From Entomortierella parvispora E1425 (Eukaryota; Fungi; Mortierellomycota), in contig BQFW01000015.1 in the NCBI GenBank assembly GCA_020891255.1, positions 620,001 through 684,000 of the forward strand: a DNA stretch of 64,000 nt, written 5' to 3'. Numbering within the stretch: position 1 is the stretch's first letter; the number at the start of each line of letters is the position of its first letter. The notes beneath the pieces were generated by a model. The model searched no databases. It was not told the origin of the DNA and was given only the letters and a program-made list of their open reading frames with translations. Positions 1 through 12,373 of this stretch are shown here, one piece after another. Position numbers and translations under genes: made by a program.

Positions 1-525
1 CCACTTCACCACTGCTCGTTCCAAGGTTGCCCTCTTCCTCCACTTGAGGAGTCTTCGAAGTCTTTGCCATTTCCTTGCGCTAGGGCAGGTAATATTTGTC
101 AATGATATTGTCGTTGAGACAATCACAATGACCGATGCACGATCGATTATTGTTCACAAGGATGTATCCCAATGCCGATGGATGTAACCTTTTTGCGGAT
201 TGGATCCGATCTTGTATTCGATAAAAAAATGGGATATTTTGGGCTCTCACTTACAATATGACTATCGAGACAAGAAGAAGGATCTTTATGTTCTGCCCTC
301 GCACTCCTTTGATAAGGGAGTGCGAGGGTGGCTTGCTACTAAACTAGGTTACTAAAATAAACATCCCTATTAATACACTTCAAGGCCCACGATATGCCAC
401 ATTGCCGAATCTCGCAAGGTCGGGGTTACCCTTGCCTTTGCCGGCGATGAGGTTATCGGCTGGTGGGCACTCTTAAACAAGCCATCCGACACCTCATTCC
501 CGGATTTCAGCGAGCTCCTTGCCGC

Positions 526-1593
526 TGTGATGTTGTCTAAAGTAAGTATAGTCTAACGTCAGCAAAGGCTGGAGGTGAAAATGATAACGAAAAGAATAAT
601 AACGAACAAAGCTCGCTGCTTACATATGATAGGGACTTTGCTCTCTGTGCCACAAGGATCAAACACAGCACTGCTATATGATCAGATACAATCTCGAGAG
701 AATGAACTGGATAGACAGGAGGAGGAGAATGAGCAACAGGATCACGATGTAAGCAGGAACGAAACTGAAAGGAGACTAATAAGGACATACCAATGAGCTA
801 AGCACGTCCTAATGGTAACCAAACAGGAGAATAAACAACTACGGAGGCGAACACTAGGTACTATACTAACTAATAACAACAACAAGGGAGGATTGAAGGG
901 ATCTAATCAGTAAGAGCACGGCCAGAAATATTCTATCCAGGGAAAGGGGACAAGGCCGCCTAACTGAGGGTTCAGGAGGGACTCGAGGGAAGGCGACGAG
1001 AAGATAAGGGAGGTTCCCAAGCACCAGTTAAGGCCTCAGGATGCCCAAGCGCCAGTTAAGGCCTCAGGATTCCCAAGCGCCAGTTAAGGCCTCAGGATGG
1101 GATGCCAGGATCGTACAAGTCCACTCAAAAGAGACAAGACATTGTTGGTACCTCGTAAGTGAGCAAGGACACGGACAAGTGGTTGGCCGAGGTTCTTGAC
1201 GGGACTTGTCGAGGACGGGGAAGATCGTAACTTGTGAGTGTACAAAGTCGATCAACAGAACGCAATAGGTCTGTGATATCCAAAGGTAAGGGGGGGGAGG
1301 AGGTTTAGACTAGATACTAATAGTCTCAGCAATCGGAATTAAGGCGTCGAGCTTGCTGCTGCTGCAAAGGGGATATCGGGCAGGAAGGGGGGGATGTATG
1401 TTTGTGTTCTGAAGGGTTCAACAAAAGTGTACTGGCAGGAATCGTAAAGGAAAAAGGCAACCAGGAGCAAAATGGATTTTGCTCCCTTCTTTATAGAAAA
1501 AAAAACTGAAACTAAACAAAATAATAAATGCTACTGAAAATGTATATCTACTCCGATTGATGTGGATCGGGACTCCACATCTACTACACCACA
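526..1593 (-). mobile_element. X0: 1068-bp solo-LTR-like insert
   Basis: Read on the minus strand the ends are TGTGGTGTAG...CAACATCACA; CCGC is duplicated at 522-525 and 1594-1597; near-identical inverted copy of X1; no credible coding capacity. Confidence 0.88.
1016..1099. repeat. 3 x 28-bp tandem repeat inside X0
   Basis: Unit CCCAAGCRCCAGTTAAGGCCTCAGGATK at 1016, 1044 and 1072, with no spacers. Confidence 0.95.
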
Positions 1594-2251
1594 CCGCCGA
1601 GTTCAGCCCTGCGAAGTTTAAGGAGCACATTCTCGCCCTCACAATGCAAATGAAAATGACACTACCACTGAACATCTCCAACGTCATGGCCTATATTACC
1701 AAAGCCCGTGAATACCACCTGCTCCTCCAGTCTTACTACGCCGACAACGCAGTTCTCAACGATACTATCCGTACTGCCTTTCTCAGTGGTGCACCTACTC
1801 AGCTTCGCCAGATGCTGGAAGTGGCCATTGTTAATGCAGGCAACGACACCATAGATCTGCCCAGACTCTTTAAGGCCGCGGAGGAGTTCGGTCGTATCTT
1901 CCACACTGAAGACCCATCACTCGGTGCCAAAGCACTGGCTGCCTCGGGATCCTCTGCTGGTATCACCGACCCCAACGCAATGGAAGTGGACAATATTCAT
2001 ATCCAACTCAACAATATCCACAAGCAACTCGGCACCCTTCACCGCTCCTTACAGAGCCGCCCCACCAACGGTACTAACAACCCTTCTCGAGATCGCCCCG
2101 CACCCCTGACCGCCGCCGACCGAGAGTACCTTGTACGTAACGGTGGCTGCTTCCGCTGCCGCGAATTGGGTCACATCAGTCCCAATTGCCCTAAGTACGG
2201 CAACGGCAGCCGAGGAATTAATCAAGTAACCGCGGGTGAATCCCCTGATTC

Positions 2252-2296
2252 GGGAAAAGCCTCCGGCAACTAGGGTCGGTCCGGACCCCAGTTGTC
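2252..2296 (+). other. Putative -1 programmed ribosomal frameshift signal (gag-pol of element A)
   Basis: Slippery heptamer G GGA AAA (2252-2258) in gag frame, 6-nt spacer, then a 12-bp stem GGCAACT-A-GGGTC / GACCC-C-AGTTGTC (2265-2296) containing the gag stop; the -1 frame is open for more than 100 codons. Confidence 0.75.
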
Positions 2297-5048
2297 GAAA
2301 CTGTAGCCAACAACCCTGAGCTAAGTACCTCAAATAAAACTTCACTTGATTCTACACCTCAGAAACATGACTCCAATCATGACAAGCGAACTCACATCCA
2401 CGATGCTCTGGTTGTTCTATCGGACCGAAACCAAAACCAAACCAAAAACCCTGTTGCCTCGCCCGCTCCAGTTGCCCTGTCCGCTCCTCTACCTAGATCC
2501 TCCGATACAGATGAACCGGACCCTCTCGCTGTACCGCCGGCACCTAGCGTACCTCTGTCCAAAAAGTCAGTTGAAGAAGTTGAAGCGTCGTGCGATTCGC
2601 CTACACGAATTCACTGTCCAAAAGGCAGAGAGCCAACTGCTCACTTTCATCGGTTCTGTCAATGGCCACGCTGCCAGAATCCTGATTGATGGTGGTGCAG
2701 AAGGTAATATTATCAGTTCGTCTTTTCAAAAGCGACACCAGCTCCTCCGCACTGAATGCTTGCCCATCCCCATCCTCCTCCCCAATGGCTCTTCCTCCCT
2801 CACATCACACACCGTCCCCATCACCCTCAACCGCAGCGACTACTCCGATTCGCTCAACCCTATTCTCTATCCTCTCAACAAATACGACCTCATCCTTGGC
2901 AAACCCTGGCTCACCAAAGTTAACCCTTGCATCAATTGGCGCACCAACGATCTTCATTTCACTCACAATGGAATCGATGTCAAATGGAGCTGCCGCGGCT
3001 TCAAGGCCGATCACATCCAAAGCCGCACCAAAGGACTCCTCCTCACACACATGCACTTTCATTCCATGGCAACCCTGCCCGGCTCGGAGGTGTTCCTGGC
3101 CCTTATTCGCAACACCCCAGAGCCCTCTGAAGAAACTGACCAACCGCGTACAATTCCCGATATGACCCCCAGAGGTGCGGTCCATTGTCATGGAAGAGTT
3201 CGCTGATGTCTTTCCGGAGAAACTCCCGGACGGCCTGCCCCCAGACCGTGGTGATGCTATGAAGATCGAGACCGACCCGACAGCCGACCCACCCTTCCGC
3301 CCTGTCATTAGACTTTCAATCGCCGAGCTTGACGAACTTCGCAAACAACTGGACCAATTGCTAGCAGCAGGTTTTATCAAACCCAGTACCTCTCCCTATG
3401 GCGCCCCCGTGCTCTTTGTGCGGAAGAAGGACGGCACACTCCGAATGTGCGTCGACTACCGTGGCCTCAACAAGATCACCAGGAAGAACAGACACCCGTT
3501 GCCCCGTATCGACGAGCTACTTGACCGCTTCCGTGGAGCACGCTATTACTCCAAGTTGGACTTGTTATCCGGTTATCATCAGCAGCGTATCTTTGAACCA
3601 CACACACACAAGACTGCCTTCCGTTGTCGCTATGGTCACTTTGAGTTCAATGTTGTTCCCTTTGGCCTTACTAACGCTCCTGCTTCGTTCTCCAATATGA
3701 TGTTGCGAGTACTCGATCCAGTCTTGGACAAATGGGTTGTCGTGTATCTCGACGATCTGTTGATCTACTCCAAGACAAAGAAAGAACACCTGCAGCATCT
3801 CCGAAGCGTCCTGGCTCTCCTCCGCAAGAATGGTCTGTACGCGAAATTGAGCAAGTGCTCCTTCATGCAAGACGAAACTGAATTTTTGGGCCACACCATC
3901 ACCAAGGACGGGATCAAAACATCGGCCGGGCTCAGCAAAGCCATCAGTGACTGGCCCACCCCCAAGAGCACAAAGGACGTCCAGCAATTTTTGGGGCTTG
4001 CGCAATTTTATCAACAGTACGTATCGGGCTTTGCAGGGATTGCCCTCCCTCTCTCTTCCCTCCTCGCCAACAACACTCCCTTCAAATGGACCGACGAACA
4101 ACAATCTGCATTCCTTCAGCTCAAACGCGCCATCTGCTCCGCCCCCGTCCTCCGCATCTTCGACCCCGATCTCCTCACCTTTGTCGAAACAGATGCATCC
4201 GGTTTCGCCATCGGTGCAGTGCTGCTGCAGACTGACCGGGAAGGGAATACCCATCCCATCGCATTCACTTCCAGGAAAATGCAGTCAGCTGAGCGGAACT
4301 ACCCTGTCCATGAGCAGGAACTGTTGGCTGTCATCCATGCGCTTCGCACTTGGCGCTACTACCTCGATGGAACCAAGTTCAGCGTCCACACCGACCACGC
4401 CACCCTCCGCCACTTTCCCACACAGCCCAAACTCACTCGTCGACAGGCTCGCTGGATGGAGTTGCTTCAGGAATACGACTTTGACTTTAGGTACAAGCGA
4501 GGAGTTGACAACATCGTCCCAGACGCTCTCTCCCGACGACCGGACTACCGCGAGCCTGACCCTGTTGAGCTATACAACCTCAGCGTCTCCCTGTCCCCGG
4601 ACGTCCGTGACCAGCTTGTCCAGGACTACAACGACGATCCTCGACTTGGACCCATCTACAAGGATTGCCTGGATGGGAAGGTTGCCAATGGATATTCATT
4701 CCAGAACAACCTCCTCTACTTTACCCGACGTGGAGCAACCACCCAGGCCATCCCTCGGCACTCCCCGATCCGCCTCACTCTCTTGCACGACGCTCACGAC
4801 TCTGCCACTGCTGGACATTTTGGTTTTCAAAAGACTTACGACAACCTGCGCCGTTTCGTATATTGGCCCCACATCGCCAAGGATACCCAGCAGTATGTAG
4901 CAACCTGCGAGAAGTGTCAAAGGAACAAGGACTCCCAGGATCGACCAGCTGGACTCTTGCAACCGCTACCCATTCCTTCGCAACGTTGGGAGGTAGTCAC
5001 CATGGACTTCATCGGCCCTCTTCCGCCCACAGCTAGAAATTTTGACGC
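2259..5048 (+). pseudogene. pol: pol of element A, 5' part (protease, RT, RNase H, integrase N-terminus)
   Basis: ORFs 2346-3206 and 3175-5058 join with single-base frameshifts near 2600 and 3168; interrupted after ...TARNFD by X1. Confidence 0.92.
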
Positions 5049-5293
5049 TGTGGTGTAGTAGATGTGGAGTCCCGGTCCACATCCATCGGAGTAGAGATAT
5101 ATTTTCAGTAGCATTTATTATTTTGTTTAGTTTCAGTTTTTTTTTCTATAAAGAAGGGAGCAAAATCCATTTTGCTCCTGGTTGCCTTTTTCCTTTACGA
5201 TTCCTGCCAGTACACTTTTGTTGAACCCTTCAGAACACAAACACACATCCCCCCCTTCCTGCCCGATATCCCCTTTGCAGCAGCAGCAAGCTC

Positions 5294-5444
5294 TGTCGCA
5301 TAATTTGGTGGCGCAGCGGCAAATGATGCTGCTGGCAGCAAGGCACAGTCACGGAGGCAACGGTCAGGATAATATCCTGACCGGTTCAATAAAACAGAGA
5401 TCGCTCTCTTATTCTCACTGACTCCGTGTGCCATATACTTTTCA
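5294..5444 (+). repeat. 5' LTR of element C
   Basis: TGTCGCATAA...ACTTTTCA; contains a 10-bp hairpin CGGTCAGGAT-AAT-ATCCTGACCG followed by AATAAA; identical to 11148-11298 by inspection. Confidence 0.95.
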
Positions 5445-5839
5445 TTTTTTTCAGTGAAGAGAAGAAGATCTCGCAGGATCAGGAACATAACCGACATTCA
5501 CAACCGGCATTCACCTCCATTCAACCGCACTCGTCAGCACTCGACCGATCAACAGCATTTCTTCACTGTCTGCGACGACATTCACCAGCATTGACCTGCA
5601 TCTCACATTCCGCAAGTTAATTCCACTCGATTTAACTGAGATCAACTTTGGAACGCCAATTCACCCGTCAATCCGACCCATCCATCTAAACGGAACACAG
5701 CATCGCTTTCAGGACCCTTGAAAGTTACCAAAACACCACTTACTGCACGCAAGCCACCGCTCATGGACTTTGGTGAACTTTTCGACATTCAGTTCATTCC
5801 GGCATTAACTCAATTCAGCTGGGAAAATTTTTTCGCGAC

Positions 5840-8800
5840 ATGGGCAAAGTGAATCTCAACAACAACAAACCAATTCGGAGCAGAGTCGCTGCAGTTGTTA
5901 TACCTGTTGCACAAGCCGCCAACGCGCGCGCCACTGCCTCCAACTCTGGAGAACCCACCAACAATGGCGGAGACTTGGCCACTGTAGCCACACACGAAGG
6001 ATCCATCACAGAAGAGATGGATGTGGACGAGGAAACCATTCCATCCACCAGCTCTGGCACCAGAAGTGGACTGACGTTTGAAGGACTACCACCGTCACAG
6101 TTGCCATCTATTCCAAGAAAGGATAGTCCTACATCGGTCGTATCAATCACCAGAGCCTTGGCGGTACCTACCCATACTGCCCTGCCTGACATAACAGATG
6201 CGGAAATAGAGGCAGACATTGCGGCAACGTACGCACAGATGGAAGCTACTCGGCTCACCAATGTAAGACTCCTTTTACATATCTCACGTAACAAAAGAGT
6301 CACCCATGCCGGTACAGCTCCCATGGACCTCACACCGGAAACAGACAAGATGGAGGGAAGAACATAAGCGCAACGAGGACTTCCTCAGCAGTATGGAGCA
6401 AACATACAATGCTCTTCACGCAGCTCGCCGCCCTGTACCAGCACAATGGGCATATCCAAATCAGTCCACCGTAGACCGTTATCAAGAGCAGGATCGAAGC
6501 GCAAGCAACCATGCTCCACAAGCGCGATCTGAGGCAGGATTTCCTGTCAAGCCTCTATCCACATGGCTTCGATTCGGATCATCAGGATCCCTATCGGCAT
6601 ACGACTGGTGGGCGCACTTCGAACGAGAAATCGCGCCGTATGTGGGGGAGCAAATCATAGGAAGTCATGGAGACAAATACCTCCTGTACCTGGTCCACAA
6701 CGACCACTTTCATGCCAATCTGAAAGAGAAGTTCAAGGCACCCAAGGAGGTGCTGACAGTGGACTATCTCGAGAGGACGTTCTTCGAGACATGTTTAACA
6801 ATCGAAGAGCGAGAAAACGCTGTTACCACGCTCACCAAATTTGGACGACTCGCAGGAGAGCCATATAGTCACTACGCTCATCGGATCGCAAGAGCTACAA
6901 AGCTATTCCGAGTACAAGACAACAACGATGTGGTTTTGACTCTGCTCCGACAAGGACTTGCATCATCTGAAATGGACACAGTCAACACGCGATTCCAATC
7001 GCAATACGTACTGGACAACCCACAAGCAACATCAGTGCCAGACACTCCAATTGCTATCGCTGATTTTTGTATCGCACTGGGCAAGCTAACAGGACCAGCT
7101 GGAGCTCGCGAAAACTTTAGCGCTCCAGTAATGCCCACCACCAACTCTCACGCCGCCAAGGCTGAGTCGAAGCAGATGTGGTGTGATAAATGTAACAAGA
7201 ACGGCAACCACGTTTCCAAGGACCATACCAGCTGCGACTACTGCAACAAGCTAGGCCATAAGAAGGACGCCTGCCGTGCGCGCCAGAACGACGAACGACG
7301 ACGCAATGAACACTCGGAGCGTAGCTCACACAACTCAGACGATCGACAAGACCGTTCCCACCGCGGATCAAGCCGCTTCGGGCCATATCAAGCTGACAAT
7401 CGCCAGCGCAGAGACAACAGGGATAGCCACAACTCTCGTGAGCGCAATTACAGTAAGGACCCTCTTCATATACTACGCTCTCGTAAAAATGTGTGGCAAA
7501 CATACCACGATCTTGATATCAACTTCAACGCACTCACTCTTGCGTCCTACTCCTCTCAGACTAGAGACATGTCGCCAGTGTCAGATAAAGAATTCATAGA
7601 GTCTGTTCACTCCACAGATTCAGTCCTGGCACATGCGGGGAGGGAAAGTAGAATGTCACAAGACATACCACAGGAGCACATGACAATAAACGATGAGCAA
7701 TCACACATGTTTGAAACACTTATATACAATGAAATGGGTGACCAGAACGACAATGACAAGAGACTTGTAGTACCGATCTACTTCGAAGGCCTTCAATTTG
7801 AAGCACTAATTGATTCTGGAGCCACGAAGTCATTCATAGACAAGTCATTAGTAGAAGCTCTGAAAATTGAGGTCAGCAAAGCACGGGGAAACATCTTCCT
7901 CGGGCACAAGAAAATGCATGTAGCAAGAACAGGAGTAACAGAACATATAGAAGTAGAATGCAATGAACATTCGCTTCTCGCCTCATTTGAACTGTTTGAC
8001 CTACAATACCCATTTGTCATTGGCATGGACCTATTTAACAAACTAGGGTTCTCAATCGGAGGCATTGCAGACGGACGAGCAAACGCACAGACTCTGCCAA
8101 CGCCAACACCAGATGAAAAGCCATCCGTGTTACCATTGGAAACACCAATCGAAGAACTGACTGACAAGTTCAAGAAACTCAAAGCACAATTCATGAGTGA
8201 AATCCAAGACTCGATAAAGGACAACGCACAGATACCGCTAGACAGCTACTGCACTCTACCAGAGATGCACGTGTTCTTGGATGTTCCTGATGGCACGACA
8301 ATTTATCGCAGACCAAGGACGTTTGCTGAACAGCAACAGCATATTTTCGACGAACAAGTTGACAAATGGCTTAAAGATGGAGTTATCACACTTGCTCCGG
8401 CCAACAATCGGCACAATAACACGCTAACTCTCGCGGCCAAGAAAGATCTCCTCGGCAATAAAACGAAATGGCGGGTTTGCCTAGACCCACGTCCTCTGAA
8501 CAAATTATTAAAGGATGACAACCATCCAGTACCATTAATATCGGACATCTTACAACAGATAGGTGGCCACATGATTTATACAACGCTCGATTTGACACAA
8601 GCATATCACCGGTTACCTATCGAAGCAGGACATCAACCACTCACTGCATTCATGCACCGAGGAACTCAATATATGTTCCGACGAGCTCCATTCGGACTTA
8701 AGCCACTGTCAAGCATATTCCAACGCGGAATGACACGCATCTTGGGGGACTTGCCCTTTGTCCTGGTGTTCATTGACGACATCGTTATTTTCTCCAAGAC

Positions 8801-10966
8801 CAAGGAAGAGCATGCAGCGCACGTCAAGTGTGTAATCGAACGCCTAACAGAAGCAAAGCTTATTATCAACCCAGAAAAATCACACTTCTTCGCAACACAG
8901 ATTGTACTTCTCGGCTTTGTCATTGACTTGGCTGGCAAACGGGTAGATCCTACCAAGCTAGCCAATATCGACCAGTGGGTTCCACCAACCACAGGCAATC
9001 AGATTCAGTCCTACATGGGCACATTTAATTTCTTTCGAGAATTCATCCCGCTGTTCAGTACGTTGGCAGCGCCATTGGATAAGTTGAGGCATGAAACAAA
9101 AGTGTTCAAACTCAATGCAGACGAACTCGATGCTTTCAATACATTCAAGAAACTGCTAAGCCATGCACCAATCTTGCACTTCCCTGACTTCGGCCTGCCG
9201 TTCTACGTCGCCACTGACGCATCCAACGTAGGCATTGCATCGGTCCTTTACCAGAAAGTCAGGAATGAATCCAAGAAAAAATGGGAGAACAGATACATAT
9301 CCTTCATGGCACGCTCTCTACAAGACAGAGAACGACGGTATTCAGCCACACAAAAAGAATTGCTAGGAATCGTGTTTGCACTCACGAAATTCCACTATTA
9401 CCTCTGGGGAAGACACTTTACACTGTATACAGATCACCGAGCACTTACGTTCATTCACTCGCAGAAAGAGTTAAACTCCATGCTCACTGGCTGGCATGAA
9501 ACAATCCTGAGTTATGACTTTACGGTCGAATACCGACCTGGAGTGATGAATGTGTTGCCAGATCACTTGTCTAGACTGTTCCCAGCCTCCATCCAGACTC
9601 GCTACGACTCCAACCATGGGCACATAGTCAACGCTTACATGCACATCATGCAAAACAAAAGACACAATGTTAGAAGTCGTTCATGGCAAAAAGAAGCAGG
9701 ACGATATATTGTACAAAACCCACGCCCTCGGCCACCTTGGAGCGAATGCAATGGTCCGGTCTATACATGCGGAACAATACACATGGCCCCATCTCACAGA
9801 TGACTGCTTGAATTGGGTTAAGAAATGCTCGGAATGTCAGAAGTACAATATTAGTATCAAAGGCTATCATCCATTAAAAGCTATCCACGCAAACCTGCCA
9901 GGAGATCATATGGCTATGGATTTAGCGGGACCGTTCAAACTCTCAAAGAAAGGCAATGAAATCCTTCTTATCGTAGTCGACGTATGCACACGCTTCGTCT
10001 TCTTAAGAGCGCTCCCTGATAAACAAGCAAACACTGTCGCTAAAGCCCTGTTTGATATATTTTGTACCGTTGGCTTTCCTCGCGTTTTACAATCCGATAA
10101 CGGCAGGGAATTTGTGAACCAAGTCATGCTTGCAATGACCTCTGAATTTAACGTTGACCACCGGCTACTTACGCCGTATCACCCTCGAGGAAACGGCGTT
10201 GCTGAACGACATGTCAAAGTCGCAGTCGACATCCTCAAGAAAGAACATCATCAGAAACAAGATACTTGGGACCTTCATGTACCCATGGCACAGCTTGCAA
10301 TGAATACAAGAATCGTTGCTCTCCATAATTCATCACCGTTCTCTCTCTTCTTCGCTCGCAAGGCCAATGGCTTCCAAAATTACTCCAAATCTACCAAGAA
10401 CGTCATGACCCACAAGCAGCTCTGTGATCGTCTCGCATACATGACTGAAATTGTCTTTCCAGCGATTGACAAGAAATCAGAAGAGACTCAAAAGAAAATG
10501 ATCGCCCGATTCAATGCCACAGTTCTGCATAATGAATTCCCTGATGGCGCAAAAGTCATGACACTTGATCCCATCCGCGGTAATAAACTTACGCCACGGT
10601 ATGAAGGCCCGTACACAGTAGTGCGCCGCACGACCGGTGGATCTTATGAGCTCAGAGATGGTACAGGCGAGTCGCTCAGTCGCAACTATGCCCCATCCCA
10701 GCTCAAACTCGTACTCGAGGATTTAAATACGCTGCCCATATTCGAGATCGAGTACATTCTCGACCACCGTCCTCATCCTTCTCGAAAGGGGGGAGTGGGA
10801 ATACAAAGCAAAATGGGCTGGCTACTCCAAAGATGACTACACTTGGGAACCTGAAGAAAACTTTATTGAAAAACAATGTATCAGAGAATACTGGCAACTT
10901 CTCAAAGAAAATAAGCGACCACAGGATCAAAGATCGAAGAGATACCAAACGAGAACGAGGAACTAA
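5840..10966 (+). CDS. gag-pol polyprotein of element C (three single-base frameshifts in homopolymer runs)
   Basis: Cys/His knuckles (CDKC...H, CDYCNKLGHKKDAC), protease LIDSGATKSF, RT (LDLTQAYHRL, FIDDIVIFS), RNase H (ATDASNVG), integrase (HALGH...CSEC, DLAGP, SDNGREF, GVAER), GPY, chromodomain (EIEYILDHR...EWEYKAKWAGY...TWEPEENF). Frames join by removing one G at about 6356, one A at about 9660 and one G at about 10790. Confidence 0.9.
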
Positions 10967-11147
10967 AACGCTACTACGCAAAGAAGACCTAACAGGCAAA
11001 GAGGTTTTTTACCACATGGTTTTCCTCAAAGACAAGAGGTTTTTCACTTTTCCTCAACCATAACATTTTCATAGAGGTTTTATTTTTTACCCTCTCACTG
11101 ACCAGTAGTGTCAACCCGCGCTTCGCTCTCCATGGGAGGGGAAGTTC

Positions 11148-11298
11148 TGTCGCATAATTTGGTGGCGCAGCGGCAAATGATGCTGCTGGCAGCAAGGCAC
11201 AGTCACGGAGGCAACGGTCAGGATAATATCCTGACCGGTTCAATAAAACAGAGATCGCTCTCTTATTCTCACTGACTCCGTGTGCCATATACTTTTCA
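11148..11298 (+). repeat. 3' LTR of element C
   Basis: Exact copy of 5294-5444, preceded by a polypurine tract. Confidence 0.95.
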
Positions 11299-11861
11299 AG
11301 CTCGACGCCTTAATTCCGATTGCTGAGACTATTAGTAGCTAGTCTAAACCTCCTCCCCGTGCTTGGGAACCTCCCTTATCTTCTCGTCGCCTTCCCTCGA
11401 GTCCCTCCTGAACCCTCAGTTAGGAGGCCTTGTCCCCTTTCCCTGGATAGAATATTTCTGGCCGTGCTCTTACTGATTAGAACCCTTCAATCCTCCCTTG
11501 TTGTTGTTATTAGTTAGTATAGTACCTAGTGTTCGCCTCCGTAGTTGTTTATTCTCCTGTTTGGTTACCATTAGGACGTGCTTAGCTCATTGGTATGTCC
11601 TTATTAGTCTCCTTTCAGTTTCGTTCCTGCTTATATCGTGATCCTGTTGCTCATTCTCCTCCTCCTGTCTATCCAGTTCATTCTCTCGAGATTGTATCTG
11701 ATCATATAGCAGTGCTGTGCTTGATCCTTGTGGCACAGAGAGCAAAGTCCCTATCATATGTAAGCAGCGAGCTTTGTTCGTTATTATTCTTTTCGTTATC
11801 ATTTTCACCTCCAGCCTTTGCTGACGTTAGACTATACTTACTTTAGACAACATCACAACGC

Positions 11862-12369
11862 TGTGGTGTAGTAGATACGGATCACACATTTGTAGAAGTC
11901 AGTTTAGATACCCTTAAAAGATTGCGTTAATATAATTTCGTGTTCAGAGCAGTAATTGCTCTGGGTCGCTTCCTTCCCTACTTTTTCGTTTGCTTTTGTT
12001 TGATCGTTACAGAACACATACACATCCCCCCCCCCCACTTCCTGCCCGATATCCCCTTTGCAGCAGCAGCAAGATCGACGCCTTAATTCCGATTGCTGAG
12101 ACTATTAGTAGCTAGTCTAACCTCCTCCCCCCCCTTTACCTTTGGATATCACAGACCCTGTTCTGCCGATCAAGCTTGCCTTCGTACAAGTCTTGAGCTT
12201 CCACCCGACTGAGATCTTTATTGATACTTGGTTCACACAGTTTAGACAGTGAGATCCTGCAACGTCTATCCTCCCCCTCGCAAGCAATCCCCTTTCCCTT
12301 GATCACTTGTGACCAGCCCCTCTCTCCTTGAGCTACGACCGATCCCCAACCCATTGTAGCAACACCACA
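11862..12369 (+). mobile_element. X2: 508-bp divergent solo-LTR-like insert, adjacent to X1
   Basis: TGTGGTGTAGTAGAT start (same 15 bp as X1), ACACCACA end (8-bp terminal inverted repeat), ACGC on both sides (11858-11861, 12370-12373); shares an approximately 150-bp core with X0/X1. Confidence 0.85.
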
Positions 12370-12373
12370 ACGC

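Larger units (their letters stand above)
378..2273 (+). pseudogene. gag: gag of element A, split by insert X0 (526-1593)
   Basis: Removing 526-1593 and one CCGC copy gives continuous ...FSELLAA/EFSPAKFKEHIL...; ends with a CCHC zinc knuckle and SGKASGN*. The N-terminus is missing or disturbed upstream of about 400. Confidence 0.85.
5294..11298 (+). mobile_element. Element C: full-length young Ty3/gypsy LTR retrotransposon with chromodomain integrase
   Basis: Identical 151-bp TG...CA LTRs, 5-bp TSD AGCTC (5289-5293, 11299-11303; X0 shows the empty site with one AGCTC), purine tract GGGAGGGGAAG before the 3' LTR. Confidence 0.96.
5049..11857 (+). mobile_element. X1: solo-LTR-like insert (about 800 bp: 5049-5293 plus 11304-11857), split by element C
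   Basis: TGTGGTGTAG start, CAACATCACA end, ACGC on both sides (5045-5048, 11858-11861); reverse complement of X0 but lacking about 270 bp (X0 about 1026-1293, including most of the 28-bp array). Confidence 0.88.

Noticed and set aside
296-348. Helitron 3' end (hairpin plus CTAG at 344-347)
   Set aside because: CTAG is followed by G, not the T expected of an A-T target, and lies 15 nt from the hairpin; an LTR end at 377 explains the context at least as well.
537-796. ORF pairs repeated at 537-796 and 11587-11846 (also 1418-1687 and 5042-5224)
   Set aside because: They are incidental frames within the duplicated X inserts; no recognisable motifs, and identity simply reflects the repeat.
1016-1099. 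28-bp repeats as a CRISPR-like array
   Set aside because: Units are directly adjacent with no spacers; simple tandem amplification inside a TE.
6340-10810. Programmed frameshifting as the explanation for the three breaks in element C
   Set aside because: All are extra bases in homopolymers, two lie within pol where programmed shifts are not expected, and no stimulatory structures were seen.
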